Below are positions 58,681 through 64,000 of a stretch of DNA of 64,000 bases, piece by piece. Position 1 is the stretch's first letter. Each line of letters begins with the position of its first letter. The translations under genes were made by a program, and so were the position numbers. The notes beneath the pieces were generated by a model. That model was not told the origin of the DNA, ran no database searches, and saw only the letters and a list, made by a program, of their open reading frames with translations. Source of the DNA: the human T2T-CHM13v2.0 reference genome, Homo sapiens; assembly GCF_009914755.1 (NCBI RefSeq), contig NC_060937.1. One strand, written 5' to 3'.

Positions 58681-60630
58681 GTGAGGACTTCAATCAGAAA
58701 CTGAGCTGGATTGCAGCTTTAAGTAGTTTCAGTGCAACTCTTGTTTCAAATATCTTGAAGGAAATATTTTTTGTGTTCTTATTTTGTTCTCTTTCTCTGA
58801 CAAGTTTCTCTCATACACTAGAAGATCTCTCTCTACCTTCCCAGCCCAGTTCACCAGCCACTTTGCCAGTACTCAACAAAATCTGTGGGGGAAGAAGACC
58901 AGTAATTGGAGAAAATAGTTGGGCATTTGTAGATTTTAATCTGTTACATCAGCTCCAGTAAAATATCTCTGCCTACAGCAAACTCAACACTACACCTATC
59001 TGTGTTTATGCTTGACAAATGTTCCAAGGGAGGAAAGGGACTGTTAATCTTTCTTATCTAGAAAAGAATGTTCATGTGGAATTCCATCCCTTTAGATTTT
59101 TTTCATTATCAGCTCATCGATAACTTTTAAAATATATATATATATATATTTTTTTTCTTTAGTTTATCTGGTGGCTTTGTCTAGTTGTTATGGTTATGGT
59201 AATGCCATGGTCTACTGAGATCTTCCATGTAATAAATAAAGCAGTTTACTGAATGGTTTTAAACTCTCATTGCTGGGAGGAAATAATATGCTTTTTCTCT
59301 TTGCATCTATTAGGTTCTATTTTTTCAATGTTACTACAACATTTGCCTTAGAGTGTAAGCTTTGTGGGGACAACAATTATCTATTTTATTCAGCATTATA
59401 TCTCTTATGCCTACCATAGTACCAGACTCATGGTTGGTATGCAGTACATGTTTGTTGAATGACTAAATTATGAGCATGAACAAGGGAATAGAGGTTTGAA
59501 ATAAATAGTATGATGTACAAGAAAATTACAAGTTATTCTTATGTTCTAAAACTAGAACTTTAAGTGCAAGGCAGTGATGGATGTTGAGGCTAAAGACAGA
59601 GATGGGAAAAAATTAAGAGTTTGTAAAGAGCCTGGACTTTATCTTAAGTGTTGGTAGGCTGCTGAGTGGTTTCAAGAGGGGAAGTTATACATCCAGTTGT
59701 TCGTGATAAATGGATCAATCTGGAAGATGGGTTTAAGTGAGAGGAGACTGCTGGAAGGAGGATGAAAGGGAAGCCATTTTAGTACTTAGGCAGGAAATGA
59801 TGAGAGGCTCATTTACAGACAAGAAGGAAGGAAAAAGCACTCTGGGAATATGGCAGCACAGGCTTATTTCTTGACACCCTCCCACTCCCATCTCAATAAC
59901 ACAGAGAGTATGTGGGGATGGGAAGTCTACCTGAGGCTTTAGGACCTAAGGAGACAGTATAGGAATAGAAGAGCACGGGCCAACTTCTGGACAAAATTAT
60001 TTACAGCAATGAGCAGACCTAAGTATTAGTAGATTTGGGGAAGTCTGAAAACAGAATTAATCCCATAGCTTCTTGGGAGACTATAATCACTTGGCCAGGT
60101 AATCCCATGCATCCTGACAGACATATGGAATCTACTTGAAATTTCCAGCCATGAGAGATCCCCAGTCCTTCTTATGCTGCCATCCTGGTGAGGAAGCATC
60201 TTCCCTACCCCTCACTTCATGGATGTCTACCATTGCCTAAGACCCTTCTAATAATCTGACATATCCAGAAGCAATGGGGACTGACACCAATGGACATTGG
60301 TAGGAAAAGAAGGGTCAGGTATCACCCAAAGGGTCTCAGGAACTTGAAAGAGGGACTTGAATCAAATAAACTCAGCAGCTTGTTTACAGAGAAAGTTTGG
60401 TAAAGAAACAGAGGTGAATTTATAAATGATTGTAAGAAGAATTATTGAGGAGGTACAAGAAGCTATTGTGAAAGATCAATTGAAGGGAAAAAAGGATTTC
60501 TTGAAATAAAATTTAATTTTGGACTTTAAAATCCAACAGATCACCTGAATAATAGAACAGAAACTGCTGAAATATTGAACACAGATCTAGATCAAATGAA
60601 GGAACATATTCAGGATGAAGCATAAATAAA

Positions 60631-60940
60631 GGCCAGGCGTGGTGGCTCATGCCTGGAATCTCAGCTCTTTGGGAGGCCGAGGTAAGCAGATACTTGAGGT
60701 AAGGAGTTCAAGACCAGTCTGGGCAACATAGGAAAACTCCATCTCTAGTAAAAATACAAAAATTAGCCAGGCATGGTGGTACATGCCTGTAATCCCAGCT
60801 ACTCAGGTGGCTGAGGCAGGGGAATTGCTTGAACCGGGGGGCAGAGGTTGCAGTGAGCTGAGATTGCACCACTGCACTCTAGCCTTGGTGACAGAGAAGG
60901 ACTCTGTCTCAAAAAATAAATAAATAAATAAATAAATAAA
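60631..60940 (+). mobile_element. Alu SINE (S/J) with (TAAA)n tail
   Basis: Full dimer, inside degraded L1M ORF1-like sequence. Confidence 0.93.
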
Positions 60941-61431
60941 ATGAAACTGCAAGTTAAACAATGTATTATAGAAGACCTAATATGGCAAAAATAAGAGTTT
61001 CAAAGAAGAAACAATAAAAAATTATTTTCTGAGGAAAACTGAAGTGGAGACAGATTCAGGAAACATTTAGGAAATGAATACAATAAGACCCTTTGATATT
61101 ATTTAATTATGTTTTCAGAAACAGCTACAATCTCCCTAATTAATTTTTGTATTTCCCAAAAGTTTATTTAAAAGCTCTAATACTTTAGATTAATTTTATT
61201 TTAGGAATAAGTCTGAGATAATATTAATGAATTAAAAACCTGTCAAACAGAGTTGCTTTCTAGAAAGTAAGAGATAAAATTACTCTAAATATTTCTAGCA
61301 TTGTGCACAGAAGAGATAAACAGTTATGGACAGGTTTACTTCCTTCATACATGACCAAGATGTTTTTCCTCTTCCACCTCCCATCCAGTTTTCCGTAATG
61401 TCTGATAATTTGCCATTAGAAATGCACTCCT

Positions 61432-62335
61432 TTAGGGGTGAGAGCTAAACCAAACCAACCAAATAGGCCCTGTTTGGCCAGGAGGACCTCAGAGAAACCT
61501 TAAAATAATAATAATTAAAAAAACCCACCTGAGTTCCCAACCATGATGGGATGGTAGGTCAGATGCCTCATTATATCCCTTTCTTTTTGCTGTTTAGACA
61601 CAACAGCTGACAGCATTAATGTTAAAACAGAGATCATAAGACTGACAGAATAGACTGTTTATGGCAATAAGATACCAAATTGTAAACAAGAGCTATGGCC
61701 ATGCCAGGCAAGGGTTAAGTCACACACTTTACACTTAACAAATAAACGATGTTCTAATTCCCACAGGGTTTCTTCTCCCTCTTTCTCCAGCAGCTAAACA
61801 ACACTAGCTTTGAGATAAGTGATGTTGAAGCAGTTGCAGCTCCCCAGCTATCAGACACCAAATAACTGAGCCCCCACCTGTTACACAAGCCACAGTGACA
61901 GCTTTGATTGGACAAGAGAGTGATTTCTGTAACTTTCTCCTGATAAGAGACCACCAACCATGGACTACTTCTGGCTGGTTTTACAGCAGATGCACATTTG
62001 AGTGACTTCCTGTCCCTTCTTCACCTAATTGTGTACATTTAAATGTTAAATCTCCATCCCAATGGAACTGTGGGACGCATGTAACATGCATGTTTGCTTA
62101 TCATGCATGCTTACACCCTTTCATGAATATTCATAGCTCTTCCTATGTCCTGTTGAATATGTATGCTTTGCCAACCCCTTCAGCTTAAATTCCTGTGTTA
62201 CTCTTCCCTCTGTTGAAGGGCTTGCTTTAGGTTTTTTCCAGTGGCAGGCTGCCCTTCCTGCCTGCAGGTTGTAATTCCATTCTTAAGAAATAAAACTCAC
62301 CTTTCTAAATTTATTAATTGTGTGATTTAAGTTAA
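61432..62335 (+). mobile_element. ERV1-class solo LTR (MER39-like)
   Basis: CAGCATTAATGTTAAAACAGAGATCATAAGACTGACAGAA...GGCAATAAGATACCAAATT...GCCATGCCAGGCAAGGGTTAAGTCAC; AATAAA near 62289. Confidence 0.75.
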
Positions 62336-62985
62336 GGGGGTAAGGCAGTATATTTCCAGAAGACTGCCAACATAAAATTTTAATTCAATTGTCCATTGAC
62401 ACAGTGAATGTTAATTTGTCATCACATACTAGTTAATTTGTTAGCTGAAGGGAATGTAATAAGACCAAGTTGCTTGTAAAGGGTAATGGGTAAGCTGGAT
62501 TAGATTATTAGGGAGGCCGGTCCTAGGTGAGAAGTTTCATTAGGTTTTCAGTGAGCAGCATATGAGCCTGGACCGGAGATCAGAAGACGCGGGAACAGAC
62601 AGAAAAAGAAGAAGAGTGATCAAAGGAGAGGTGGCAAGTACAAAAGACAAAGCCCACCAGTTTCATAAAGTTGCTCAGGCTGACCCCATTTCCAGGGTGA
62701 GATATTTTCACAGACTTATTACCTATGATTATACACATTTTAAAAATTGTTATTAGCATGAGGGGCTGCATATATATTTTATAATAGCCACACTTATAAA
62801 TTAGTTGCAACTGGCTTCAGATTTAGCAAGTATCTTATACAGGGTCCTGGCAGGAAATAGGTGGCAAATCCAAGGGGTTTAACTGAAAAGACTTTAATTT
62901 GAAGAGTTGAGGTCAGGGTTAAGCAAACTAAGAAGGGATGGTAAGGAACCCAGGGGCCAGCAAAAGTGGGTTCGCTTTCCCACAC

Positions 62986-63625
<640 letters not shown>

Positions 63626-64000
63626 ATCCTCTCCGGAGTTCAGCAAAGTGAAACGTCTGTCATAATAATAACGAATGACTTCCTTTTTCATTTTCATTCA
63701 TATAGTGAAGTTTTCTAAAGGCTGCATCATGTGCAATATTGTAACAGAGTAAGTGCAGGACTGAATGTGACTCTATCAGGCCAATTGTAGAGATGTGAAA
63801 AAATGTAAAACAGTGGCACTTTTCTCCCTACTTTTTTTTGAAAATCTGTTTTTTTAAATAAAATAATTTTATAAAAGTATTATGAATTATTTATAAAATT
63901 ATATTAACATTATGTTAACATGCTAATATGGTAAAATTTTCTGCTTGGAGTTTGAATACACCAAATATTTATAAATATAACTCACACAAATAAAACCTCT

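Overview
Primate (human-like) non-coding DNA dominated by interspersed repeats. No host protein-coding exon, tRNA, rRNA or CRISPR array could be supported. Main elements: a 5'-truncated antisense L1PA (1-1615), a full-length dead L1PA7-like LINE (9942-16400), a twin-primed 5'-inverted L1PA3-like LINE (48721-52050), about 12 Alu/FLAM SINEs, solo LTRs (LTR12/ERV9, THE1, MST, MLT1, MLT2, LTR16, MER39-like), hAT/TcMar DNA-transposon relics, and MIR/L2/L1M fragments. Subfamily names come from my recall of consensus sequences, not from a RepeatMasker run. The stand-out is a ~1.35-kb non-repeat segment on the minus strand (~18095-19465). Read across frameshifts, it shows about eight collinear motifs resembling the bornavirus glycoprotein G, ending in a TM-like segment and an A-rich tail, so it is a candidate endogenous bornavirus-like G element (EBLG). 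Smaller oddities: a triple tandem YY1-like repeat beside it, a 42-bp inverted templated insertion inside an MST LTR, and a FLAM copy carrying a 3' flank plus Pol III terminator inside its TSDs.
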